A DNA stretch of 63,776 nucleotides, counting the filler, from Octopus bimaculoides (taxonomy: Eukaryota), in NCBI RefSeq assembly GCF_001194135.2. It is 8 parts of 8 records of this genome, joined end to end, with 100 filler letters (N's around TTAATTAATTAA, not from the genome) between each part and the next. Parts side by side here need not be neighbours in the genome. Positions count along the whole stretch, not along the records: positions 11,684 to 20,260 come from NC_068985.1; positions 20,361 to 51,012 come from NC_068993.1; 6 more parts are not named here. One strand, 5' to 3'. Shown piece by piece: positions 12,275 to 22,945 of this stretch. Made by a program: the position numbers and the translations under genes. Position 1 is the first letter of the stretch. Every line of letters starts with the position of its first letter. Below the pieces are notes generated by a model, which saw only the letters and a list, made by a program, of their open reading frames with translations, ran no database searches and had not been told where the DNA came from.

Positions 12275-12965
12275 TTGGGTTGGCAACTAAGTTCGTGCCG
12301 TTTTTTTTAAATTTTGGAATTTATTGCGTTTTTAAATTTTGGAATCTATTTTTTCGAGAATTCTATTTTTGAATCATTTGGGAATTTATTTTGTTTTTTT
12401 TTCCTAGTTAATTTTAGTTTATTTTTGTTTATTTTCATGCCATTAAAATGGAATGTCAAGTTAAGAAAAACGAGCATTTTCAACACCTCCTTCTTTTTGC
12501 TTTTAATCAAGGTTCTAAGACCGCAAAAGCTGCTCCCGGCATTTGTGCTGTGTATGGAAAAGGTGCCATAGTTGAAAGAACCACTCATGATTGGTATGCC
12601 AAGTTCAGAAATGGAAATTTTGACCTCAAAGACGCATCTCATTCTGGCCATCCAGCTGAGTTCAATGAAGAGTGATTAAACCAACTTTTGCACAAAAATT
12701 CTCATCAAACGACAAGGGAAACTGGCAGAGAAAATGGAATGCACCCACACTGATATAGAGAAGCATCTTCACTCGATGAGAAAGGTTCAGAAGTATGGAG
12801 CATGGGTTCCGTATGCTTTAGGTGACAACAACAAAAATTAACGAGCCACACTCTCTGCTGGTTTGTTTGCTTGTCACCACTCAACTCATGGACACGAGCA
12901 ACGATTTCTTTACTGAATTGTTACTGGCGATGAAAAATGGCGCCTATACATCAATATGAAGCAGC
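12275..12965 (+). mobile_element. 3'-truncated decayed mariner (mellifera-like TIR) in an EI24 intron
   Basis: TA + TTGGGTTGGCAACTAAG terminus. N-terminal HTH ORF 12448-12675 (HFQHLLLFAF...WYAKFRNGNFDLKD), then WVP and IVTGDEKW motifs with stops and frameshifts. Confidence 0.92.
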
Positions 12966-13001
12966 ATTTACAATAAAAATGATAAACAGATCAATACTTA
13001 C

Positions 13002-13113
13002 CCATATTAAACCATCTGTATTCAAAAGCGTAGGACGAAGATAGCAGAGACATATGTAGAAGACCAATAAATGTTCCAATTCCCTGAATTGGGATCAAAC
13101 TTGCCAACATACT
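13002..13113 (-). CDS. EI24: EI24 internal coding exon (112 nt): [37 protein letters not shown](G)
   Basis: Acceptor tttctctttcag, donor gtaagt. LLHMSLL...FEYRWFN matches EI24. Phase 0 to 1. Confidence 0.95.
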
Positions 13114-13396
13114 CTGAAAGAGAAAGGTTGGTAAAATTCTCAATAGGGTGTGTGCAGTGAACTCTCATTAAACTGGATCCCAATAAGCCAGGTCTCAGAT
13201 AAAATGGACAAAATTAAGTTATGAGTGACGATCAATGTTGACTTCTAATGCTATCTTTGAATATCAGTATTGTAGAGATGTTTATTCAGAGTGTGCCACC
13301 ATCATTTTAACTGGAAGAAATACTGTCTCTTTGCCACACTGTACTCCACATTTCCAAATACTGTATAACAGAGTTGTGAAATATTCCTTTATTCTT

Positions 13397-13397
13397 T

Positions 13398-13452
<55 letters not shown>

Positions 13453-13465
13453 ACTACTACTGCTA

Positions 13466-13497
<32 letters not shown>

Positions 13498-13504
13498 ACT
13501 GCTG

Positions 13505-13537
<33 letters not shown>

Positions 13538-13545
13538 TGACGATG
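13397..13545. repeat. (TAC/TGC)n trinucleotide microsatellite
   Basis: Direct reading. Confidence 0.95.
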
Positions 13546-13603
13546 ATGCCACCGCCACCATTGTCGTTGTTTAATGTCCGCCTTCCAAGCTGGCATGGGT
13601 GGG

Positions 13604-13948
13604 ACTTGTTTCAGTTATTACCCTGTGACCATACAGGGATACCACCTTCAACCCCAGGACTTATTTTTTCAAGCCTGGTACTTACCTGTCTCTTTTGCTG
13701 AACTGCTAAGTTATGGGGACATAAACACAGACACACATATATGTGTATATATATATATGACAGGCTTCTTTCAGTTTCCATATGTGTATATGTTAATCAC
13801 TAGTGTATTTTTTGGCAATTTAATAACGAGTTTATATATATATATATATATGTATGACAGGCATTCTTTCAGTTTCCATTAAATCCACTTACAAAGCTCT
13901 GGTTGGCCAGAGGCTGTAGTAGAAGACACTTGCCCAAGGTGTTACATG
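13604..13948 (-). mobile_element. SINE family A, decayed
   Basis: acttgtttcag tail through agaagacacttgcccaagg. Confidence 0.8.
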
Positions 13949-14224
13949 AAGCAAAGTATGTTATATATGATGTATCGGCCATGTGAGTTCCTTCTGAACA
14001 TTTGACTAACAAATCTCTTTAAGCTACATGGCAACTAAAATCACAAGCCAATAAAAGAGCGTCTACTTTGCCATTTAACTGCACTATCCCCAAACTAACT
14101 AGCATCTTAATTTATCTGCTATTTGAAGTCATTCACCCCTCCTTTCCAACCAAAAATGGTAAATTTACTATAAATATTAAGCTTGCTCAAAAATATAATC
14201 ATAAATAATAATCCTTTTTACTAT

Positions 14225-14426
14225 AGATACAAGGCCTGAGATTTTGTGGTGGGAGGGGACTAGTTGATTACATCAACCCCAATGTTTCACTGGTACTTAA
14301 TTTATCAACCCCGAAAGGATGAAAGGAAAAGTTGACCTCAGCAGAATTTGAACTCAGAACATAGCGACAGGAAAAACACTAAATATTTTGTCCAGCATGC
14401 TAACGATTCTGCCAGCTCACCACCTT
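14225..14426 (-). mobile_element. SINE family B (short-tail variant)
   Basis: Same head and core, different cccctccc 3' end. Confidence 0.85.
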
Positions 14427-14870
14427 TATAATCATATAATAATAATAATAATAGCAAACTATTTGTCCCTTGTTACATAATGTTTTGGTAGTTGTTCAGA
14501 GATTGCATGCATATCTCATAGATAGTTATATCATGATATGTCATGGCTAGATGACCAGATTAACAAACAATGCCAAAAATAAGGGCCAAGGGAGAGTGAT
14601 GTTTCACTAGAATACATCCTGTTATTTTACACCTGCAAAAAATATACCTTTTCTCCCGAGCACTCTGCACCTTCCCCTAAATAACTAGCTTGTTAATTTA
14701 CCTACTATTTGAATCCCTTCAACCTTCTTCTCCCTACATCTTTTAATATATTCAATATGGCTTCATCTCTGAACCCAAAATTGGAACTTACAAGGCAATT
14801 AGAGGAGAAATAGGAATGATATTAACAGTCTAGACAGCTAGCCAACTTATTCATAAATTAACATTAGGAT

Positions 14871-15280
14871 AGGCGCAGGAGTGGCTGCGTGGTAAGTAGC
14901 TTGCTTACCAACCACATGGTTCCGGGTTCAGTCCCACTGCGTGGCATCTTGGGCAAGTGTCTTCTACTATAGCTTCGGGCCGACCAAAGCCTTGTGAGTG
15001 GATTTGATAGATGGAAACTGAAAGAAGCCCATCGTATATATGTATATATATATATGTGTGTGTGTATATGTTTGTATGTCTGTGTTTGTCCCCCAACATC
15101 GCTTGACAACCGATGCTGGTGTGTTCACATCCCCGTAATTTAGCGGTCGGCAAATAAGACTGATAGAATAAGTACTAGGCTTACAAAGAATAAGTCCTGG
15201 GGTCGATTTTTTCAACTAAATGCGGTGCTCCAGCATGGCCGCAGTCAAATGACTGAAACAAGTAAAAGAGTAAAAAGAGT
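14871..15280 (+). mobile_element. SINE family A, full length (tRNA-like head, internal microsatellite, gtaaaaga tail)
   Basis: A-box tggctgcgtggt, B-box ggttcagtccc, then cttgggcaagtgtcttctactatagc. Tail ccagcatggccgcagtcaaatgactgaaacaagtaaaaga. Many copies in the window. Confidence 0.92.
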
Positions 15281-16078
15281 ATAGGAAAATACTAAGGAGC
15301 TACAGTTAGATTGTCAAAACAAGTCATAACAAATCTAAGTACCAATAGAATAAACATTAGAATCTATAACAATTACTAAATAGTTTTTATCTATCTCTCA
15401 AAATACTATTGTAAAAGTGACATAGGAAATTATAATGACTACGAAAATATTCACAATGCGACTCGTTTGTAGGGAAGTTATAGAATCTACAGAATGAAAA
15501 GGATATATTTATCATCATCACCATCATTTTAAGGTTTTTCATGTTTGCATGGGTCAAACAGAATATTTTGGAGCAGATTCTTTTCCTCCTCCACCACCCC
15601 CGCCACTCCCTGCAACTCGCTTGTTTCCAAACAAAGTAATAATCTTGCAATCTTTTAAACAAGATGCAGCCTGGGCATAGTTATGTGGTGAAATGGAAAC
15701 AAATGACATGGTTTGAATGAGCCATTTTTGTATACAATATCATACAACATGTCATGACGTGTTGAAAATTCTGAATATGCTTTTGCTGTGGACTGCAAGG
15801 AAATGACACAATCAGTGAAGCCTTTGTTTTACAACCCATGAGATTAGCTACCCTGGTAATGACCTTGTCCCAGTACCTAACCACTTAGAGGCTGAACCAA
15901 ACACTGAGCATTCTAATCAGACCACTGTTCCAGCAACAAACACAGGCTAACAAGACTTGCCTCTCCAGGCACTGAACCAGAAGACCAACAATATATCATC
16001 ATTAATCTGTGCACCATTAGTCAGTTTATATTCCTCCAGTATTGGTATGGATCATATAAATTTCTGTATCATATAAAT

Positions 16079-16308
16079 AAGGCATTGAGCTGGTAGAATC
16101 GTTAGCATGCCGGGTGAAGTGCTTAACAGTATTTCGTCTGCCACTACATTCTGAGTTCAAATTCCGCCGAGGTTAACTTTGCCTTTCATCCTTTCGGGGT
16201 CATTTAAATAAGTACCAGTTACACACTGGGGTTGATGTAATCGACTTAGTCCCTTTGTCTGTCCTTGTTTGTCCCCTCTATGTTTAGCCCCTTGTTGGCA
16301 ATAAAGAA
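16079..16308 (+). mobile_element. SINE family B, full length
   Basis: Colinear with the 36937 copy. Confidence 0.92.
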
Positions 16309-16642
16309 TTACATATAAATTTCTGTAACATTTGATATGAAGTCAGCTGGGACACAACAGCTCTTGTATCCCAACTTCAATGGGCTGTTCATCGACACAA
16401 GCTAACTTCTGTAGTAACACCTCAATAACCAAAACCTAGGGAATGGTGATAAGAGACATTCTTGATGTACCAAGTGTGCAAAGCTAAACAGTTCTGATAA
16501 TTGCCTATTTGCTTTACATTAGTAGTTTATACCTTAGACATTCAGAATTTTAGATTAAAATAAATATTCTAAGCAAGACCTTTTCACAAAAAAATATATA
16601 AGAAAGTTGAACCTCTGCTAGATTAATATTTGTTATAATTAC

Positions 16643-16759
16643 CTGTATCAGGAATATTAGATGAAGTAAAACACTGAAGCATGTATCAGCTACCATGGTA
16701 CTGAATGGTAAAGCCCGAGGTCGTCCACGTGTGGTCTTGTAGGCTTGGTCAGCAATGTC
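16643..16759 (-). CDS. EI24: EI24 internal coding exon (117 nt): DIADQAYKTTRGRPRALPFSTMVADTCFSVLLHLIFLIQ
   Basis: Acceptor cttcctcatag, donor gtaatt. Matches EI24 DIADLAF...IADMLFNLLLQALFLIQ. Phase 0 to 0. Confidence 0.95.
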
Positions 16760-16792
16760 CTATGAGGAAGTAAATAGCATTTTGTTTTATAA

Positions 16793-16970
16793 TCATCATC
16801 ATCATAATCATTTAACATCCACCTTTCTATACTTGCATGGATCATATGGAATTCTGTCAAGGCAGATTTTCTACAGCCAGATGCACTACCTGTCACCAAA
16901 CCTCATTTGTTTCCAAGCAAGGTAATATTTTCCCATGACCAGGCATGTTTTTACAGAAGATGAATGATGT
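16793..16970 (-). mobile_element. SINE D-related variant; similar copies near 7165-7410, 15510-15650 and 19895-19985
   Basis: (ATC)n tail, then catccacctttctatacttgcatgg...ttccaagcaaggtaatattt. Confidence 0.75.
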
Positions 16971-17226
16971 CTTAACTATACAATTTAATCTCCATTTGAT
17001 TTACATATAATTCACCAGCCACTTAGCACAGCAGAGTAAGCTACTTCTCATCACAAACATCAAACTGAGATAGGATACTTTACAATTTCAGATATTGCTA
17101 AAATAACCTATCCAATTCCCTTCAATCAAATCCTACCAACTGATTTATAATAAAGATGGATATAAAAATGCAAAGTCTATTAAAATGGCAGGATATTCAA
17201 AGACAATGAAGAATAAATATACCAAC

Positions 17227-17351
17227 CTGAAACCAAAAGCAGTTTACTATTTTACTGACAACAAACAAAGGAAGAACCCAAAGAGTATTAAATGTCCATG
17301 AAAGAATTTGGTAGATCCACAGCCAAACTACTCCATCGTATACTGTTTCAC
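17227..17351 (-). CDS. EI24: EI24 internal coding exon (125 nt): (G)ETVYDGVVWLWIYQILSWTFNTLWVLPLFVVSKIVNCFWFQ
   Basis: Acceptor atttttgcag, donor gttggt. LWVLPLFVVSKIVNCFWFQ matches the EI24 signature LWVLPLFVLSKVVNAIWFQ. Confidence 0.96.
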
Positions 17352-18042
17352 CTGCAAAAATCATTAAAGTATCCAATGAAGAACAATAAAACAACATATG
17401 ACTTCATAGGCCCTATATATGTTGAATATCAACATTAGATAGGATAATTTAGTTATTACATAGGAAGACATTTTTAGGGAAAAGGGTGATTGAAAGGACG
17501 AGTGTTCTGGTGGTAAATGACAGGAAAATAGTTTTTTGCGGAAAAGTAAGTATTGAATGGAGAATAGCAGATTATAAAGTTCACAGGAGTAGGAAATAAC
17601 GTCTATGGACTCTGACATTTTGAAGAGGTCTTTATAAAAACCAATAATCACAATGTTGGTCTTCCACCATCACTTGTGGAAATCACACATCATTGTCAAC
17701 TGGGAAACATTCACAAAGAAAGGTATGGAATATGAGATGAGAAAGCAAAAGATGCCTTCAAGCATCACTTTAAAATTCCATGGGTTCTTCCCTTTCTCCT
17801 CAATGAAGAAAAAATATATATATAACAGTTTATCTACATGAAGTGTATTGACTGATTTAGACATTATTTTCATTTGAACTTTACACCTTAAACTGTTATA
17901 CTTTCCTTATCAGTTATAATCCATTTCTCCACTGTAACAAGTGTCTGGAATTTTTAGGTGAATAAGCAAGGGTGGGTAGTGTGTAGAATGTTTGACTTTA
18001 AATCTAAAATCAAATTGGCATTGATGAAATAATAAAACTTAC

Positions 18043-18109
18043 CAAATATAAACTGGATTACGTTTTGCACAATAGGGAGCAGAATGTAATTAAAACCTAA
18101 TATACTGGC
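18043..18109 (-). CDS. EI24: EI24 internal coding exon (67 nt): ASILGFNYILLPIVQNVIQFIF(G)
   Basis: Acceptor tttcttttttcttttcaag, donor gtaagt. Phase 0 to 1. Hydrophobic TM segment in frame with both flanking exons. Confidence 0.92.
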
Positions 18110-19233
18110 CTTGAAAAGAAAAAAGAAATGTGCTAAATACAATGAGAAAGTAATATATATTATATACATATAAACATACAAGTTTATCAGACATATGTTC
18201 ATAGAGGTGAGATAGCTAACAATTGTGAACTAAGCATGGAACCCTACCCACCAGCTCTTAATTTTAAAACATGAAAAGATAAATTTTTTAACAATCACAA
18301 AATATTAATAATGATAACATGTAGGATACAAATGAATGCAATTTTTACACAGCCACAGAAGTAGTAATACACACACACACACATTACACTGCAATTCTAG
18401 TTGAAAATAAAAACAATAAATATAATCTCTAATTTAGAGTCAAAGACATTATTAGGATAGTTATAGCAGGCATTGTTCCATGAACAAAATATAACATTGA
18501 TTCTCATTCTAGAATAGGTTTTTACTCTTATTTATCTTCATTCCTTCTTTCATTTTGCATCTGCTTCTCTATGTTAGCATGGATTAGAAGGTTACAAATT
18601 AATGAGACATTGTTTTACAGCCAGTTTACCTTATAATTGCTAATGTACTTGTTTTTCAAGAAGGGATATATAAAGTCAACTTGTCCTCAAAAGAGCAAAG
18701 CTTGAGGATGGCTTTTTGAAGTCCTGATTCTCAGTCAATCAAGATAAAATTGACATGGATTTAGATGTACTGAATTGAATCACAAGTGTTATTTTTGAGA
18801 ACAGGCATCAACATTTTTCCATTTCTCCATGAAGCCAATTCAAAGTAAGTTTGAGAGCAGATGTTTTTGTAAGCAGACAAGGTGGTTCTCAATGCAGGAC
18901 CAAATCAGAAGTCACAAAAAAAAAATTTTAAACATGTTATGTCTCAAGGTACTGCTATCTAGCACCTTCGGATGATCTTTACTCGACTGCTCCTCGTCAG
19001 CTACTCAACTGTCAGTCCGCTGCCAGTCAACACCTACCACGGTCAGACTACCTCTATCTATATGTCTTGGTCGAGCCTACTTCTTCGCTTGGGGGCATCA
19101 ACACAACAAAACACCAAGAATAGGACTCAAAACATATCAGAAGATAAACTTGATTTAAGAATAAGGTGCTCATAAACAGCTCAAGGTCAACAAAGTCAAA
19201 AGATTTGATTGCAGAAAAAGGGGTGTATAAGAA

Positions 19234-19462
19234 TTCTTATTTCTTTATTGCTCATGAGGGGCTAAACATAGAGGGGACAAACAAGGACAGACAAAGGGAT
19301 TAAGTTGATTACATCGACCCCAGTGCGTAACTGGTACTTAATTTATCAACCCCGAAAGGATAAAAGGCAAAGTCGACCTCGGTGGAATTTGAACTCAGAA
19401 CATAACGGCAAACGAAATACTGCTAAGCATTTCGCCCAGCGTGCTAATGTTTCTGCCAGTTC
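19234..19462 (-). mobile_element. SINE family B, full length
   Basis: Reverse complement of the 16079 and 36937 copies. Confidence 0.92.
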
Positions 19463-19745
19463 CATTGGTATAACTGACAATGTAAAACAGGATGTGCACC
19501 GAAGTTTTTAATGTACCAAATGCATTTATATATAAAAATGTACAAAGTATTTCAAGAGATTACATGAAGAAGAGGTGGACCAGAGAAACAAGGAAAGAAT
19601 TGAAGCAGATCTTTAGTTAAGAGCACTTATGTTAAGATGATATAGGAATCAGACACATGTTAAAAACTTACTTAATCAATAGTAGCATGAAAAAAAGAAA
19701 ATGATGAAAAGAGAGAGATAATAATATAAGGCAAAAGATATATAC

Positions 19746-19806
19746 CAGAAAGACACCTCCATTCCAGAAGCAGCAAGTTAAAATGTTCTTCATCAAAGAA
19801 GGTTCT
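19746..19806 (-). CDS. EI24: EI24 internal coding exon (61 nt): (x)EPSLMKNILTCCFWNGGVFL
   Basis: Acceptor ctcttttgtcactgtag, donor gtatat. Matches the EI24 segment [20 protein letters not shown] as I recall it from the vertebrate protein. Phase 2 to 0, joins the next exon in frame. Confidence 0.93.
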
Positions 19807-19844
19807 CTACAGTGACAAAAGAGAGAAAGAGAAAAACACTGAAG

Positions 19845-19885
19845 TTTAATAATACATTTGACAGAGTAATCTGAATGCCAAAGGG
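19845..19885. mobile_element. Terminal fragment of the same piggyBac-type MITE family
   Basis: tacatttgacagagtaatctgaatgccaaaggg followed by TTAA. Matches the right end of the 8402-8621 element. Confidence 0.7.
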
Positions 19886-20029
19886 TTAAAATTCACTTTT
19901 CCATGCTTGCACAGATCAGATGGAATTTGTTGAGGTGGATTTTCTACAATCAAATGCCTTTCTCCTCACCAACTCCCAAGCAAGGAGACAGTAACACACA
20001 AACACGCATATACATTGTGTGTAGGTGTG

Positions 20030-20200
20030 TTCCACATAAAAAGCACTCAACCCACTCTGTAAGGTGGTTGGTGTTAGGAAGGGTATCCAGCTGTAAAACC
20101 CTGCCAAAACAGACAGTGAAACTGGGTGGTCTTCTGCCTAGTCAGCTCTTGTCAAACTGTCCAATCTATGCCAGCATGGAAAATGGACGTTAAATGATGA
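20030..20200 (+). mobile_element. SINE family D
   Basis: Same body and tail. Confidence 0.85.
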
Positions 20201-20224
20201 TATACATACGTATATATATAAATA

Positions 20225-20260
<36 letters not shown>

Positions 20261-20371
20261 NNNNNNNNNNNNNNNNNNNNNNNNNNNNNNNNNNNNNNNN
20301 NNNNTTAATTAATTAANNNNNNNNNNNNNNNNNNNNNNNNNNNNNNNNNNNNNNNNNNNNTATATATATAA

Positions 20372-20402
<31 letters not shown>

Positions 20403-20448
20403 GATATATATGCTGAATATTCAAAGAGGAACAATGGCATATTCTTAC

Positions 20449-20517
20449 CATGACCCATTCGTTGATTTTCAATGACTCATTATCGTTTCTCCATCTCCTC
20501 CTCTTACTCCTCCTCAT
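20449..20517 (-). CDS. Possible first EI24 exon ending ATG|gtaaga
   Basis: Strong donor directly after ATG at 20449-20451, just below a CpG-rich promoter-like zone. It cannot splice directly to the 61-nt exon (phase mismatch), so an exon would have to lie in the unsized gap 20261-20360. Confidence 0.3.
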
Positions 20518-20529
20518 CCTTTGATATAC

Positions 20530-20565
<36 letters not shown>

Positions 20566-20699
20566 CCCTCTGTCTATGCATGTCTTTATCTGCCAATGCC
20601 TATCTGTCTGCCTGTGTGTCTATCTATGTCTCTGCATTTAATATTTCCCTCTTTCTCCCGACGTCATATCTTTGTTTTGTTTTGTTTTGTTTTGTTTTG

Positions 20700-20960
20700 T
20701 TTTGTGTTGGTTTTTGTCTGATGGCGTAGAAGGGCGATCGTTGAAAACCGTGCACGATTATTTACGAAGACGAGATATACGCTTCATTACGCCCAAACAG
20801 GACAGACAAGTTAATGTACACAGACAATAAGTAACAATTCATCTCTTCTCTTGATAGACGTTTATAATCTAGAGGCTGGGCAGGAAAAAAAAGTGGGGGC
20901 GGGGCACGGTATTTGGTCATGGATGTTAACCCTACGTCATAAATACTTTCCATCACACCC
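20700..20960. promoter_or_regulatory. Putative CpG-rich promoter region upstream of EI24, possibly bidirectional
   Basis: Abrupt rise in CpG. GC box GGGGGCGGGGC at 20895-20905 and CRE-like TACGTCA near 20933. Lies immediately 5' of the EI24 exon chain. Confidence 0.4.
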
Positions 20961-22143
20961 TTCCTTCTCCTTCATTCTCTCACCCTCTCTTTCTTTCTAA
21001 TTCTCTTATCGTCTCTCGATCTTACTCTACTTCTTTCTCCCTCTTTTGTCTCTCTTTCTCTATTAGGGTCCTTTGTTGTTATGATACGTTATTTCTTATT
21101 TGTCGTAGAGGGATCTCACAAATCTGATGAGGGTTGAAGTTGAACTCGTATTGAGGAATTTCCAATGAGGATCTTGCTTTTTAAACATGGCGCTATTCAT
21201 GGTCATGTGGGTAACACGTTCACCACGCATCCACGAGATCCCAGATTCGATCCTACAGTATGCCACTCAACACAAGTGTTTTTCTTTCCCTAAAGCAATA
21301 TTGTCTAAAGGTATTGTCAGACTTGTCAGAGACCCAACCCAATTCTGATCTATGTATGCTATAGCTTGCTGCCAATAAAGGCTCCAGAGCACTTATTTAG
21401 TTAGAGACCTATAAACGCTGCTAAAACTGTTAATCATCGTCGGTTGAGACCTTACTATGGAGTAGGTGCTGCAATATATTGTTTCGTATACCTTCTTTAT
21501 GATGGCGAATATCTTAGTGGTTAGGGCATTGTCACAGTCTGACATTTAGCGTTTAAGACGAAAAAAAAAGAAGGGTGTAACGTTTCTGTCATGGCTCTTC
21601 GTCAGAAAGAGGAAAAAGGAAAGGTCCGGAGGGAAGGGGAAACAAAACAGTCCGAGAAAAACACATGTGTCGTTACATGACTGAAGTGAGACACACAGAC
21701 ACAGAAACAGACACACACTCACGCACACACATACACACACATATATAAAAATATATATCCAAATTTAGGGAATGAAGTGGATAAGATCCAGGCCACATAT
21801 GTTTCATAGCTAACAGAAGCTCGGAAGTGGTAATTATCCAGACGAGGGGTAATCCGCTAGCTACTCGTCCAGCTAAAGATACCTTAGTCAAATGAAGCTT
21901 ATATTGTCGTCAAGGGATTCCTTATTAACGCGCAGGAAATTTGATCGAAAATGCGTGGAAAGAACAGAGTGAGAGAACAAAAGGGAAAACATATTTGAGA
22001 AGAAATAATATATGGGAGACAGTAAGTGTCTAAATTTGTTAAGGAACAAAATTCAAATACGAATGATCCTTAGATCTTACCTATACACACTCAAACACAC
22101 ACACACACGCACACACGCACGCACACATACGTTTACAATAAAA

Positions 22144-22238
22144 ATGTTGACAGTACCTTCGAAGTTTCGACTTACTGGTCGTGAGCAGAATATATATAAC
22201 CGATGGTAAGCCAGGACTTCGAAGGTACTTTCAAACAT
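22144..22238 (+). ncRNA. Pre-miRNA-like hairpin
   Basis: 14 consecutive WC pairs (22152-22165 with 22216-22229), extended by G-U wobbles and few mismatches to roughly a 35-bp stem with a 19-nt loop. Wobbles pair only on the + strand. Confidence 0.5.
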
Positions 22239-22846
22239 ATCCTCGTAAAACTTAATAAATAAATATGTACTCTACTAACAAATTGTTTATCTTTGTAACC
22301 TCGCATAAAAACATGCGTATCTGTGTTTGNNNNNNNNNNTGTATGTATATATATATATACATACATACTATATATCATTTACTATTTATTATTTAATTGA
22401 ACACCACGCATCCATTTCCAAGTAAGTTTATGAATATATATGTGTGTGTACATGTATGTGTCTATATATGTGTGTAGTACGCGTGTATATATATTATACA
22501 CACACACAAACACACATACATACATACATGCATACATACATACATACATACATACATACATACATACATACATACATCTCTGACTGCTCAGCATTTGTAC
22601 GTCATTTCCTATGATACCAAAAGTAATAATTTTTCTAAAAGTAATTGGTCCTTAGTATATATATGCATTCCACCTTCGGCATATTTTCTACTCCGATGGT
22701 AATATATCCACATCCTCTCTATCACTTTCTCTCTTTTTCTTTCTCTTTCTTCCCCAGTTACCCCCACCCCGACACACAAACATATATGTGTGTGTGAGTG
22801 TATACGTAGATGCCATTACCTATATATATATATATTATATATTAGC

Positions 22847-22879
<33 letters not shown>

Positions 22880-22909
22880 CATATATTAGCTATATATATA
22901 TATATATAT

Positions 22910-22945
<36 letters not shown>

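Noticed and set aside
14871-14945. tRNA genes at SINE heads
   Set aside because: A/B boxes are present but I see no complete cloverleaf, and each head is followed by a SINE body.
17364-17651. 95-aa minus-strand ORF inside an EI24 intron
   Set aside because: No similarity to EI24 or any family I recognise. The true flanking exons splice in frame without it.
21492-21545. MSDCDNALTTKIFAIIKK|gtatac as the EI24 start exon
   Set aside because: Only superficial resemblance to MADSVK, and it lies upstream of the promoter-like zone. Cannot be supported without transcripts.
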